Positions 30,422-40,431 of a DNA stretch of 64,000 nt are shown one piece after another (the first letter of the stretch is position 1; the number at the start of each line of letters is the position of its first letter). This DNA comes from Alphaproteobacteria bacterium (GTDB lineage: Bacteria; Pseudomonadota; Alphaproteobacteria; GCA-2731375): contig CBDDBZ010000031.1 of assembly GCA_965225945.1 (NCBI GenBank), forward strand, positions 160,001 through 224,000. The letters are read 5' to 3'. A program made the position numbers and the translations under genes. The notes beneath the pieces are model-generated. The model ran no database searches and had not been told where the DNA came from. It saw only the letters and a program-made list of their open reading frames with translations.

Positions 30422-32905
30422 ATGAGCGCGCGAACCGACAGCTCGAGCGGCGTGATCGCCGTCCTCGGGCCCACCAACACCGGCAAGACCCATCTGGCGG
30501 TCGAGCGCATGCTCGCGCACGAGTCGGGCATGGTGGGCCTGCCGCTCCGCCTGCTGGCGCGGGAGGTCTATGACCGTGCCGTGGAGCTCAAGGGCCGCGC
30601 CCGGGTGGCGCTGATCACCGGCGAGGAGCGGATCCTGCCCCCGCGCCCGCGCTATTTCGTCTGCACCGTCGAATCGATGCCGCGCGACCGCGAGGTGGAA
30701 TTCCTCGCCGTCGACGAGATTCAACTCTGCGCCGATGGGGAGCGTGGCCACGTCTTCACCGACCGGCTGCTCCACGCGCGCGGCCGGCGGGAGACCATGT
30801 TCCTCGGCGCCGACACGATGCGCTGGGCCATCCGTGCCCTGCTGCCGGATGTCGAGTTCGTCTCCCGCCCCCGCTTCTCGGTGCTGCGCTATAGCGGCGA
30901 GCGCAGGCTCTCGCGCCTTCCCCGCCGCAGCGCCGTGGTTGCCTTCTCGGCCGAGGACGTCTATGGCCTGGCCGAGTTGATGCGCCGCCAGCGCGGCGGC
31001 TGCGCGGTGATCCTGGGCGCCCTCAGCCCGCGCACGCGAAACGCCCAGGTGGCGCTCTACCAGGCCGGCGAGGTGGACTATCTGGTGGCGACGGACGCCA
31101 TCGGCATGGGCCTCAACATGAATGTCGACCATGTCGCCTTCGCCGCGCTCGGGAAGTTCGACGGCTTTTTGCGCCGGCCGCTGGACGCGGCGGAGATCGC
31201 CCAGATCGGCGGGCGCGCCGGGCGACACATGAACGACGGCACGTTCGGGACCACGACGGGCGCCGGACCGATCGAGCCTGAGCTGGTGGAGAGCGTGGAG
31301 CGCCACCAGTTCGCCGCCATCCGTCACCTGCAATGGCGCGCCCGCGAGCTGGATTTCAATTCGACCCGCGATCTGGCTCGGAGCCTCGATGCGCCGCCAC
31401 CGCGCGAGATGCTGGTGAAGGCCCGGCCGAGCCACGATCTGGTGGCGCTGGAAGCGCTCGCCCGCGACCCCGAGATCGCGGCGTTGGCGCGGGGCCGGGC
31501 GGCGGTTCGCCGGCTCTGGGAGGTTTGCCGGATCCCCGATTTTCGCAAATCGATGACCGAGGCGCACCATCGCCTGCTCGCGCAAATTTACCGCCACCTG
31601 AGGTCGCGGGCGGGCGTCCTGCCGAGCGAGTGGGTGGCCGAGCAGGTCGAACGCCTGGACCGGAGCGACGGCGAAATCGACACGCTGGCCGCCCGTATCG
31701 CCCATGTCCGCACCTGGACCTACGTCTCGCACCGAAACGACTGGATGGTCGACGCCGAGGGCTGGCAGGCCCGCGCGCGGGAAATCGAGGACAAGCTCTC
31801 CGATGCGCTGCACCAGGCGCTCACCCGCCGCTTCGTCGATCGTCGCACTTCGGTCCTGATGCGCCGGATGAGCGAGCGGGGGAGGCTGCTGGGGGCGGTC
31901 ACCGGCGATGGCCAGGTCCTGGTCGAGGGGCAATACGTCGGTCGTCTGAAGGGGCTCGCCTTCACCCCGGACGCGGCCGATCCGGGGCCCGAGGCGCGCG
32001 CCGTTCGCACCGCCGCCAATCGGGTGCTGGCGCGCGAGGTCGGGATTCTGGCGGTCCGACTGGCGGAAGCGGCGGCAACCGAAATCGTCTGGCGCGACGA
32101 CAATCTCTTGTGGTGGCGGGAGGCGCCGGTGGCCCGGCCGACGCCGGGGACGAACCCGCTGAGGCCCATCGTCGCCCTGCTGCCGGCCGACCACGTCGAG
32201 GGGCCGCTTCGCGAGCGGGTGCGCCGCCGGCTCGACGATTGGCTCGGGAGCGAAATCGAACGTCGGATGGGGCCGCTGGTCCGGCTGGCGACGGCCGACC
32301 TCGCCGGCTCGGCCCGGGGCATCGCCTACCAAGTGGTGGAGGCCCTGGGCGCGATACCACGCGAGGCGGTCGAGGAATTGATCCGAAGTCTCGACGCGCC
32401 CGGTCGGGCGGCGCTGAAGGCGCTCGGCGTCAGGCTCGGCTTCCTCGACGTCTATCTCACCGCCTCGGCCAAGCCGGAGCGCGCCTGGACCGCCGCCCGG
32501 CTCTGGTCGGTGGCGCGCGGGGCGGCCCTGTCGATCGAGCCGCCGGTCTCGAGCCGCGTCTCCGCGCCGGCCGACCGAGGCTGGCCGGAAGGCCTGCTCC
32601 GGGCGTGCGGTTATCGCGAAATCAGCCAGCGGATCTACCGCATCGACATGCTCGATCGCGTGGCCGCGCAGGCGATGGGGGCGGCCAAGCGGGGCCCGAT
32701 CGCGCCGGATCACCGGATGATGTCGATGCTGGGCTGTGGCGCCGCCGAGCTCGGCGAGGTGCTGGTCGCGCTCGGCTATCGGGCCCAGACCCGCGCCGGC
32801 GAGACCCGCTATCGGTTCGTGCCGCCGCGCCGCCGTCGCCGCGCCGAGACGCGGCCCGAGCCGGGTGGCGCCTTCGCGGCGCTGGACGGGTTGAGGCGCG
32901 CGTGA
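30422..32905 (+). CDS. SUV3-like (MgpS-type) superfamily II helicase
   Basis: LGPTNTGKT, DEIQ, ATDAIGMGLN, QIGGRAGR. Confidence 0.92.
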   Translation: MSARTDSSSGVIAVLGPTNTGKTHLAVERMLAHESGMVGLPLRLLAREVYDRAVELKGRARVALITGEERILPPRPRYFVCTVESMPRDREVEFLAVDEIQLCADGERGHVFTDRLLHARGRRETMFLGADTMRWAIRALLPDVEFVSRPRFSVLRYSGERRLSRLPRRSAVVAFSAEDVYGLAELMRRQRGGCAVILGALSPRTRNAQVALYQAGEVDYLVATDAIGMGLNMNVDHVAFAALGKFDGFLRRPLDAAEIAQIGGRAGRHMNDGTFGTTTGAGPIEPELVESVERHQFAAIRHLQWRARELDFNSTRDLARSLDAPPPREMLVKARPSHDLVALEALARDPEIAALARGRAAVRRLWEVCRIPDFRKSMTEAHHRLLAQIYRHLRSRAGVLPSEWVAEQVERLDRSDGEIDTLAARIAHVRTWTYVSHRNDWMVDAEGWQARAREIEDKLSDALHQALTRRFVDRRTSVLMRRMSERGRLLGAVTGDGQVLVEGQYVGRLKGLAFTPDAADPGPEARAVRTAANRVLAREVGILAVRLAEAAATEIVWRDDNLLWWREAPVARPTPGTNPLRPIVALLPADHVEGPLRERVRRRLDDWLGSEIERRMGPLVRLATADLAGSARGIAYQVVEALGAIPREAVEELIRSLDAPGRAALKALGVRLGFLDVYLTASAKPERAWTAARLWSVARGAALSIEPPVSSRVSAPADRGWPEGLLRACGYREISQRIYRIDMLDRVAAQAMGAAKRGPIAPDHRMMSMLGCGAAELGEVLVALGYRAQTRAGETRYRFVPPRRRRRAETRPEPGGAFAALDGLRRA

Positions 32906-33306
32906 GCGAGGCGGAGGAGGCGGCGCGCGAGCAACGGATCGACCGTTGGCTCTGGTGCGCCCGCTTCTTCAAGAGCCGGACCCTGGCCCAAAAGCTCGCC
33001 CAGGCGGGACGCGTCCGCATCAATCGCCGCATCGTCGACAAGGCCAGCACGCCGATCCGGGTGGGTGACGTGCTGACCTTCCCGCAGGCCCGCGAGATCC
33101 GGGTGGTCCGGATCGTGGCCCTGACCAGCCGACGCGGCCCGGCGCCGGAGGCGCGTCTGCTCTATGAAGACCTGACGCCGCCCCGCGAGGCGGCCCCGGC
33201 ACAGGTGCCGAGCCGGGAGCGGGGCGCCGGCCGCCCGACCAAGCGCGAACGGCGTCGGACCGACCGCTTGCGGGCGGCGGACGGAACGCCGAGCGAGGAC
33301 GGTTGA
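32902..33306 (+). CDS. hslR: Ribosome-associated heat shock protein Hsp15 (S4 domain)
   Basis: RIDRWLWCARFFKSR, RRGPAPEARLLY, GRPTKRERR. Confidence 0.92.
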   Translation: MSEAEEAAREQRIDRWLWCARFFKSRTLAQKLAQAGRVRINRRIVDKASTPIRVGDVLTFPQAREIRVVRIVALTSRRGPAPEARLLYEDLTPPREAAPAQVPSRERGAGRPTKRERRRTDRLRAADGTPSEDG

Positions 33307-33380
33307 AGCGCCTCGCAGCCGCGTGATAGGCATTATCCGCTCAGGCGGAGGCGCCGGGTCGGAAGGATAGGCAGGGTCCC

Positions 33381-33890
33381 ATGATCGATCGACTGAAGGC
33401 CCTGCTCCAGGGTCGCGACGGCCGCCCGGCGCACGGCGGCGACGGCCACGACGACGAGGAACTGCGCTTGGCGGCGGCGGCCCTGCTGGTCGAGGCGGCG
33501 CTCGGTGACGGCGACTTCGATGCCCGGGAGCGCGAGGTGATCGAGGCGCGGCTCGGCGCCCATTTTGGGCTCTCCGAGGCCGAGACGGCGGCCCTCGTCG
33601 TCTCCGCCGAGCGGGCGGTGGCGGCCGGTCGCGAGCTCTTGCCCTATACCCGAGTGATCAAGCGCCGTTTCGACGAGAGGGAGCGGATTCGCCTGCTTGA
33701 AATGTTGTGGGAAGTGGTTTACGCCGACGATCGAGCGCATGATTACGAGGCCAGCTTGCTACGGCGTATCGCTGGTCTTATCTATGTCAGCGACCGGGAG
33801 AGCGGCGCGGCGCGCAAGCGGGTGTTGGCGCGACGGGAACGGGATCGAGCGACCGGCCCGGAGCCCGGCGCGAAGCGGGACCAGGAATGA
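33381..33890 (+). CDS. TerB family protein
   Basis: [37 protein letters not shown]. Confidence 0.88.
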   Translation: MIDRLKALLQGRDGRPAHGGDGHDDEELRLAAAALLVEAALGDGDFDAREREVIEARLGAHFGLSEAETAALVVSAERAVAAGRELLPYTRVIKRRFDERERIRLLEMLWEVVYADDRAHDYEASLLRRIAGLIYVSDRESGAARKRVLARRERDRATGPEPGAKRDQE

Positions 33891-33894
33891 GACG

Positions 33895-34233
33895 ATGACC
33901 TATGTCGTGACGGAAGAATGCATCAAATGCAAGTTCATGGATTGCGTCGAGGTGTGCCCGGTCGATTGCTTTTACGAGGGTGAAAACATGCTTGTGATTT
34001 ACCCCGACGAGTGTATCGACTGCGGCGTTTGCGAGCCCGAATGCCCCGCCGAGGCGATCATTCCCGATACCGAGGACGGTACCGAGCGCTGGGTCGAGAT
34101 GAACACCGAATATTCCAAGAGCTGGCCCAACATCACCCGCAAGGGCGAGCCGCCCGCCGACGGCGAGGACTGGAACGGCGTCGCCAACAAGTTCGAGGAG
34201 CATTTCAGCCCCAATCCGGGCCAGGTCACCTGA
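33895..34233 (+). CDS. fdxA: 7Fe ferredoxin
   Basis: [41 protein letters not shown]. Confidence 0.97.
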   Translation: MTYVVTEECIKCKFMDCVEVCPVDCFYEGENMLVIYPDECIDCGVCEPECPAEAIIPDTEDGTERWVEMNTEYSKSWPNITRKGEPPADGEDWNGVANKFEEHFSPNPGQVT

Positions 34234-34543
34234 CGGCCCGCGCCGGGGGAGCGGGGAGTCGCCATTTATGGCGGCTGGTATGACAGCTCGACTGCGTGGG
34301 ATGGCGGAATTCCGGGCTCGAAGGGGGTGATCCCTTCCGTTTGGGCGAATTTTATGCTACTGTCGTGATGTCGCCGTCGGGTTGACGTGGACCCCTGGCG
34401 GCCCGCGCGTGGCGTGTTCGCGTCGGCGCGTGGAGGGAGCAGGATTGAAAGTCTTGTGGAGGTAGCGGTGTGTCCCGACGGGAGACGCCGAGAGGGATGT
34501 GTTGTCGAGAAAATCGTTGCCGAGGAAATTGGAGCGAGATTGC

Positions 34544-35122
34544 ATGGCGAAGACCACGAAGTCGAAGACCACCACCAAGAAGAAGACCACCACCAAGAAG
34601 CCGACCAAGTCCAGGCCGAGTGCGCGGAAACAAGTATTCGCGTTTGCGGTGGACGAATACGTCGTTTATCCGACCCATGGGGTCGGCAAGGTCACGGGAA
34701 TCGAGGAGCGGGAGTTCGCCGGCGCGAGTTTGCAGCTCTTCGTGGTCAATTTCGACAAGGAGAAGATGACCTTACGGGTTCCGGTCGCCAAGGCGGATCA
34801 GACCGGCATGCGCTCTCTCAGCTCGCCGGAAAAGATGAAGACCGCGCTCGACACGCTCAAGGGGCGGGCGCGGGTCAAGCGGACGATGTGGAGCCGCCGG
34901 GCGCAAGAATACGAGGCCAAGATCAATTCGGGCGATCCGCTGTCGATCGCCGAGGTGGTGCGCGACCTGCACCGCGCCGAGGGCCAGCCGGAGCAGTCCT
35001 ATAGCGAGCGGCAGATCTACGAGGCCGCGCTCGACCGCTTGGTCCGCGAGTTCGCCGTGGTCGAGGGCTTGGACGAAGATCAGGCCACCGAGCGTTTGGA
35101 GCAGGTGCTGCAGGCGGCATGA
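34544..35122 (+). CDS. carD: CarD family transcriptional regulator with Lys/Thr-rich N-terminal tail
   Basis: VVYPTHGVG, MWSRRAQEYEAKINSGD, EQSYSERQIYE. Confidence 0.95.
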   Translation: MAKTTKSKTTTKKKTTTKKPTKSRPSARKQVFAFAVDEYVVYPTHGVGKVTGIEEREFAGASLQLFVVNFDKEKMTLRVPVAKADQTGMRSLSSPEKMKTALDTLKGRARVKRTMWSRRAQEYEAKINSGDPLSIAEVVRDLHRAEGQPEQSYSERQIYEAALDRLVREFAVVEGLDEDQATERLEQVLQAA

Positions 35123-35217
35123 CGCCTCGGGCGGCGCCCGATGCCGGTGGCGGGCCTGGCGCGACGCGCGTCGCGCCGCGTCATTTCGACCGCCGAGCCG
35201 TGATCCTTCCCCGCGCC

Positions 35218-35359
35218 CTCGAGCAATATCCGAACGGAGGGAACCGGTGCGGTTCCATTCGTTTGGATAATATTGCTCTATTCTTCCAAGTTGGTAGAGC
35301 AGCTTTATCCGCCAGTTGGATCGCCGGAAGCGATTCCAATTGGCCGGATGCCGATCTAG
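35218..35359. repeat. Double-hairpin intergenic repeat (alphaproteobacterial CTAGAGC...GCTCTAG-type MITE/RIME, degenerate)
   Basis: Hairpin GAGCAATAT(35221)..ATATTGCTC(35278); second hairpin ATCCGCCAGTTGGATCGC..GCGATTCCAATTGGCCGGAT; ends in CTAG. Confidence 0.65.
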
Positions 35360-35376
35360 TGGCGGGCTGAGGCGCC

Positions 35377-36183
35377 GTGCCCGACTTGGGCGACGAGACC
35401 CATGCCGTCCTGGAAGGGGCCGAGCGAATCTGGGCGATCGGCGCGATCCACGGCGAGGCCGAGCGTCTTCGCCGCCTGCATGACAAATTGGCCAAGGCCC
35501 TGGCGCCGGGCGATCGACTGATCTACCTCGGCAACGCGGTCGGGGTCGGCCCGGATCCGGCCGGCGTGATCGACGAGCTGCTGCGATTCCGCCGGGTGGC
35601 CCTGATGTTGCCGGGCGCCGAGCCCTGGGATGTCGTCTTCCTGCGCGGCGGTCAGGAGGAGATGTGGCAAAAATTGCTGCAACTGCAGTTTTCCCTCGAC
35701 GCGCGTGTGGTTCTCGAGTGGATGCTGGCGCAAGGCGTCGAGCCGACGCTTCTCGGCTATGGCGGTTCGGCGGCCGTGGCGCGGCGAATGATCGGCCTGG
35801 GTGCCGTCGCCCTCACCCGTTGGACCAGCGGACTGCGCGAGGCGATGCACGCCCGGCCCGGTCACGAGATGTTCATGGCCGCGCTCAGGCGCTTCGCGGT
35901 GAACGATGATCGCCGCCTATTATTCGTCAACGCCGGCATCGATCCGGCCCGACCGCTCGGTGAGCAGCGGGACACCTTCTGGTGGGGCGGCGCGGCCTTC
36001 GACGCCATGGCCGACCCCTATGGCAGCTTCGCGCGGGTGATTCGCGGCTTCAATCCTAGCCGCCGGGGCCTCCAGACCGGCCCGCACGCACTCACCATCG
36101 ACGGCGGCTCCGGCTTCGACGGCAATCTCGTGGCCGAATGTCTCGATCCCTCGGGCCGTGCACTCGCCCGAATCACCGCCTAA
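35377..36183 (+). CDS. PPP-type metallophosphoesterase-fold protein with degenerate metal motifs
   Basis: IGAIHG, YLGNAVGVG, LRGGQEEM, FVNAGIDP, IDGG at the spacing of DxH/GDxxD/GNH/HAG/DTG. Confidence 0.75.
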   Translation: MPDLGDETHAVLEGAERIWAIGAIHGEAERLRRLHDKLAKALAPGDRLIYLGNAVGVGPDPAGVIDELLRFRRVALMLPGAEPWDVVFLRGGQEEMWQKLLQLQFSLDARVVLEWMLAQGVEPTLLGYGGSAAVARRMIGLGAVALTRWTSGLREAMHARPGHEMFMAALRRFAVNDDRRLLFVNAGIDPARPLGEQRDTFWWGGAAFDAMADPYGSFARVIRGFNPSRRGLQTGPHALTIDGGSGFDGNLVAECLDPSGRALARITA

Positions 36184-36303
36184 AGTATTGCGTGTCTAAT
36201 TTTCTCTCTATTCTATCTTAGATTGACGTATTCGATCAACGTAATTTATAGTATGAATATACAATATAGGTGAGATGTTTTCCCGGGAGGCTGGATTGTC
36301 CTT

Positions 36304-36525
36304 ATGATCTCGGGGGAGTCTCGGCGGGCCAGGCGCGCCGACCGACATTTCATCGAACGTGCCATGCGCGTACCGATCCTGACCCGGGAGGACGAATGCG
36401 CGCTCGCCGATCGTTGGCATCGCGACGGCGACGAGGTGGCACTACACCGGCTGATCAACGCGCATGTTCGACTGGTCGTCGGCCAGGCAGTCAAGTTTCG
36501 CCATCACGGCCTGCCCATGGGCGAC
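36304..36525 (+). pseudogene. rpoH: RpoH2-like sigma-32 factor N-terminal remnant
   Basis: AMRVPILTREDECALADRW..GDEVALHRLINAHVRLVV..A.KFRHHGLPMGD (regions 1.2-2.1), truncated before DLxQEG; lies near fdxA-carD as in other alphaproteobacteria. Confidence 0.8.
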
Positions 36526-36691
36526 GGCTATGCGGAAGTGCTGAAGATCAACAAGCATGCGACGCAAGAGCAGTTCATCTGCCGCGATCGCTGGCGCAAA
36601 CGCGATCTCGTCGTGTGGGACAACCGTTGCACGCTGCACTGCGCAACCGACTTCGATCTCGAGCACGAGCGTCGCATCGTCCGGCGCACTT
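36523..36691 (+). pseudogene. TauD/TfdA dioxygenase C-terminal fragment fused in frame to the rpoH remnant
   Basis: HATQEQFICRDRWRKRDLVVWDNRCTLHCATDFD..RRIVRRT, cut by the IS21 end. Confidence 0.75.
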
Positions 36692-36804
36692 TGTTAGCGG
36701 TGGTTCCAGGGTGCGCTTATATGGTGCTCTTTTTGAGCGGTCGGTGGCGGTTGGCTGACGGGATGCTTTTGGGCTTGGCTGATTTTGTTTCGCGCTGTGG
36801 CTAT

Positions 36805-37701
36805 TCAGTCGAGGGGCCGGTCATCGATCTGGAGCGGTTCGCCGGCGCGGTCGCGCATGAGCATGTCGTTCCAGTCCAGGCCGTCGAGGGCAGGGCGCAG
36901 GCGGACGACCCTGCTGTCGTTTCGGATGAGCCGTGCCGCGGCGTCATCGCCCTGGCGGGTGGCGTCGTAGGCGCAGAAGATCCGGCCGGGGTTCCAGGCC
37001 TCGATCCATTCGGGGAGGCTTGCGGTGGCGCCGCCGGTTGAGACCACGGCGCATCCCTTGCGCCCGGCCGGGACGAGGTGGAGGGAGAGGACCGACAGGG
37101 CGTCGATTGCGTTCTTGGCGAGGATGACGGAGTTCGGCCAGTCGGGTTCCCACGACATCCAGAAGCCGCCGCGCGCGGCGGCGCCGATCGGCGCGAGGCG
37201 GCGTGGCGCCGCGGCAGGGACGATCTCGGCGCCGAGAGCCTCGCCGGCCGCGTTTCGGCGGACGAACACGGCGTTGCCGTGGCGGTCGGCGTAGAGCAAG
37301 CCGAGGTCGCGGCACAGGGCGACGAGCACATCCGCGAGGCCGCGCTGCTCGACGAGGTAGCTCTGGATGGCGGGCCAGTGGCGGTCCGGGCACGGCGGCT
37401 TCGGGTGGCGATCGGCCGGGAACCGGTCACGGCACGGCAGTTCCGAGAAGAAGCCGAGGGCCTCGGGCACGGTGCACCGGCAGGCATGGATTACCAGGTC
37501 GATCGCTCCGCCCCCGCCCTCGCCGCGCAGATGTTCGTAGAACATAAAGCCGTTGATGCTGACGACGGATCCGGGACGCCTCCAGCGCGCGGCATCGGTG
37601 GGATCGCGGCGGTAGCCGAGGCGGCGGACGACGTCTTCGAGGGGATAGCCTCGCAGGGCCTCGGCCCGCACCCGCCGGTCCCAGAGGCGGGGACCATCCA
37701 T
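36805..37701 (-). CDS. DUF3991/Toprim primase-like protein with degenerate catalytic residues
   Basis: GGGAIDLV, YLVEQRGL..GLLYAD..NAVF, AKNAIDALS, VSTGG, CAYDAT..G, RLRP..DWND. Confidence 0.75.
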   Translation of the reverse strand: MDGPRLWDRRVRAEALRGYPLEDVVRRLGYRRDPTDAARWRRPGSVVSINGFMFYEHLRGEGGGGAIDLVIHACRCTVPEALGFFSELPCRDRFPADRHPKPPCPDRHWPAIQSYLVEQRGLADVLVALCRDLGLLYADRHGNAVFVRRNAAGEALGAEIVPAAAPRRLAPIGAAARGGFWMSWEPDWPNSVILAKNAIDALSVLSLHLVPAGRKGCAVVSTGGATASLPEWIEAWNPGRIFCAYDATRQGDDAAARLIRNDSRVVRLRPALDGLDWNDMLMRDRAGEPLQIDDRPLD

Positions 37702-37703
37702 GG

Positions 37704-38492
37704 CTACGCCGGCGGCGGTTCCCCGCGGTCCTGCGCGCCGGCCTTGCCGGCTCGCCGCCGGCGGCGCTCGGCGCTGCGCTGCTTCTGGCGTTCCTCGGCC
37801 TCCTTGCGGCGCCAGGACTCGGCGTCGATGGCGATGATCTCGGCGTTGTGGACGAGGCGGTCGACCAGGGCGACGAGGCAGGCGGCGTTGGGGAAGGCCT
37901 CACCCCACTCGGCGAAGGGCCGGTTGGTGGTGATTATGGTGGAGTTCTGCTGGCTGCGGCTGGAGACGATGTTGAACAGCAGATCGGCATGGCGGTTGCT
38001 GTAGGACAGGTATCCGACCTCGTCGATCACCAGCAGGTGCTGGCGGGCGTAGAAGCGCAGCCTGCGCTGAAGCAGGGTGTCGCTGTCGAGGGCGGCGAGC
38101 TCGCCGAGCATGCTGGCCGCGGTGGCGAAGCGCACGGTGTGGCCCTCGAGGACGGCGCGGTGGGCGATATTGGCGGCGATGGTCGACTTGCCGACGCCGT
38201 TTGGGCCGACCAGGACGACGTTGGCGGCCTCGTTGAGGAACTCGAGGCTCATGAGATCCTCGACGGCCATGCGGTCGCAGCGGCGCGGCCATGCCCAGTC
38301 GAAGTCGGCGAGCGGCTTGAACTGTCCGAGGCGGGCGTCGCCGAGGCGGCGCTTGAGGCTGCGGCTTCGCCGTTCCTCCTCTTCCCAGGCGACCAGCGCA
38401 GCGGGCCAGTCATGCCCGGCGACCTCGCCCCAGTGGGCGGCGAGGCCGTGCAGGCCGAGCGCCCGGGCACGGCCCATGAGGGTATCGTTCAT
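37704..38492 (-). CDS. istB: IS21 helper AAA+ ATPase IstB
   Basis: [15 protein letters not shown] (Walker A), LLVIDEVGY (Walker B), [16 protein letters not shown]; ATGA overlap with istA. Confidence 0.95.
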   Translation of the reverse strand: MNDTLMGRARALGLHGLAAHWGEVAGHDWPAALVAWEEEERRSRSLKRRLGDARLGQFKPLADFDWAWPRRCDRMAVEDLMSLEFLNEAANVVLVGPNGVGKSTIAANIAHRAVLEGHTVRFATAASMLGELAALDSDTLLQRRLRFYARQHLLVIDEVGYLSYSNRHADLLFNIVSSRSQQNSTIITTNRPFAEWGEAFPNAACLVALVDRLVHNAEIIAIDAESWRRKEAEERQKQRSAERRRRRAGKAGAQDRGEPPPA

Positions 38493-39994
38493 TGCTCGCT
38501 GTCCTCCTCGGGTTCGCCGGCCAGCCCGTCGTATCCGACGAGGTCGTGATCGCGGACAGTGATGTCGCGCACTCTCGGATCGCCGGGCAGTTCGACGGGG
38601 ATGGGCGGGGGTTGGTGCCGCAGCTCGCGCCGCCGGGTCAGGCTCAGGCGCACGGCGTTGGGATGGGGAACGTCCCGCTTCAGGGCCTCGTCGATGGCCG
38701 CCTCGAGCTCGGCGGCGCCGTAGGCGTCGAGGAGGCGCAACAGGGCGGCGACGGTGGCGCCTATATAGCCGCCGCGCTGGGCGGCCTCGGCGAGCAGGCG
38801 CTCGCTGTTGGGCGCGGCCTGGACCAGCCGGTCCTGGCCGCGAAGGCGGCGGGCATGGCTCTTGCGCCTGACCAGCTCGGCGATGTGCTCGGGGTTCTCG
38901 ATGCGGGCCGCCTTGTCGAAGCTGCGCGGATGGCTGGCGATGACGTCCACACCGTCGAGGATGCGCACCTCGTCGAGCGTCGCGACCACGACGAGGGTGC
39001 GCCGCACATGGGTGTGCGGCACGCTGTAATCGTTGAGATCGAAGCGGGCGTAGGGGGTCTTGCCGATGGCGACCTCGACCCGGTCGTGGTCGGGGAAGGG
39101 ATCGCCGGGCAGCGCGATGAGAGAGCCGCGTTCCCGCTCGAAGGCCTCGCGCACGGTGATCGAGCGGTCTTCGGGCCAGGGGCGGTCGGCGGCGATGCCG
39201 TGGCACCAGGCCAGGGCCTGGGCGTTGAGATCGTCGATATCGCGCCACCGGCGGGCGGCGAAGAAGCTGGTCCGGACATAGCGAATCGCCCGCTCCACGC
39301 GCCCCTTCTCGTTGCCGCGCGCGACCGCGACGGGCTTGGGCAGGAAGTGGTAGTGGCCGGCGAGGTCGAGGATCCGGGGATTGAACCGGATGGCGGCGCC
39401 GCGGCGCTCCAGCACGACGCTCTTCAGGTTGTCGTACCAGAGCTCGCGGGGCACGCCCTGCCACGCCTCGAAGGCTTCGACATGGCCGCGCAGGAAGTTG
39501 CTCATCCCGGCGTCGAGGTAGAAGCGCAGGAAGATCCGCCGCGAGTAGCTGAGAACCATCACGAAGCCCATCAGGCGGCGCTCCGCGCGGCCGATCGTCA
39601 CCTTGCCGAAGTGTCCCCAGTCGACCTGGGCCTGCTCGCCGGGAAGGGTCTTGAGGCGCAGATAGGCCTCGGCCACGGGCCTGGGCCTGAAGTGGCTGAG
39701 CAGATGACGGAAGTGGTCGCCGCCGCCCGGATAGCCGCGTTCGCGCACCATCTGGTAGAGCCGGCTGGCGGGCAGCGTCGGCCAGGATGCCAGCGTCTCG
39801 GCGATGAACGGCACGTATGGATCGATCATCGACGGCCTGGGCGACCTCGCGTCCCGGGGCTCGCCGGCCGCGGTGAGGAGGCGCTCGACGGTGTAGCGAT
39901 GCACGCCGAGCTGGCGTGTGATCGTGCCGACCGTCCACTTCTCGACGTGATACAGGCGCAGGATCTCCGCGCGGGTCTCCTTGTCGATGGTCAT
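38489..39994 (-). CDS. istA: IS21 transposase IstA
   Basis: N-terminal HTH; DDE residues in [21 protein letters not shown]; NDYSVP. Confidence 0.95.
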   Translation of the reverse strand: MTIDKETRAEILRLYHVEKWTVGTITRQLGVHRYTVERLLTAAGEPRDARSPRPSMIDPYVPFIAETLASWPTLPASRLYQMVRERGYPGGGDHFRHLLSHFRPRPVAEAYLRLKTLPGEQAQVDWGHFGKVTIGRAERRLMGFVMVLSYSRRIFLRFYLDAGMSNFLRGHVEAFEAWQGVPRELWYDNLKSVVLERRGAAIRFNPRILDLAGHYHFLPKPVAVARGNEKGRVERAIRYVRTSFFAARRWRDIDDLNAQALAWCHGIAADRPWPEDRSITVREAFERERGSLIALPGDPFPDHDRVEVAIGKTPYARFDLNDYSVPHTHVRRTLVVVATLDEVRILDGVDVIASHPRSFDKAARIENPEHIAELVRRKSHARRLRGQDRLVQAAPNSERLLAEAAQRGGYIGATVAALLRLLDAYGAAELEAAIDEALKRDVPHPNAVRLSLTRRRELRHQPPPIPVELPGDPRVRDITVRDHDLVGYDGLAGEPEEDSEQ

Positions 39995-40431
39995 CTCACC
40001 CCCTTTCCCGTCGGGCGCAGCCCCGGATAGACCGCCTGCCCGCAGAACCGGCCGCAGCGATCGCAGCGGAAGACCCTGGCGGGCCGCTCGTGCCCGAAGG
40101 GCCGTGTTCCGGGACGCCCTGCCGGCGTCCGCACCACAACAGGACGCCGCCGCGCGGCGGTCAAAGGGTGATGCGTCACTTCCTGCCCGCGGCGCCGATT
40201 CACCGGCGTCCGGCGCCGCCGGCGTTCGCGATAGCGCCGCTGGCGCTCAGCATGCTTGTGACGGCCCCGCCGGCTGTTCTGGTAGCGCTGCCCGGCATGG
40301 CGCTGCGATCGCCGGCGCACCCGATCGCTGCAGCTCCGTGAACAGTAGATGTTGCCGTGGTCGCAGTGCCGGCAGAGAACCACCTGTTGATGGCACGAGG
40401 CGCAGTTGAACAGGCGGGCGGTGTTCTTCAT
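39991..40431 (-). CDS. Cys-rich, Arg-rich zinc-finger-like protein upstream of istA
   Basis: [40 protein letters not shown]-terminal CDRCGRFC; stop overlaps the istA ATG (ATGA). Confidence 0.75.
   Translation of the reverse strand: MKNTARLFNCASCHQQVVLCRHCDHGNIYCSRSCSDRVRRRSQRHAGQRYQNSRRGRHKHAERQRRYRERRRRRTPVNRRRGQEVTHHPLTAARRRPVVVRTPAGRPGTRPFGHERPARVFRCDRCGRFCGQAVYPGLRPTGKGVR

Noticed and set aside
36304-37041. Intact 245-aa protein
   Set aside because: It is a composite of an rpoH fragment, a tauD fragment and IS-end sequence.
37704-39938. 744-aa IstB or an IstA-IstB frameshift fusion
   Set aside because: The upstream part is an Arg/Pro-rich alternate frame of istA; IstB has its own ATG at 38492 overlapping the istA stop.
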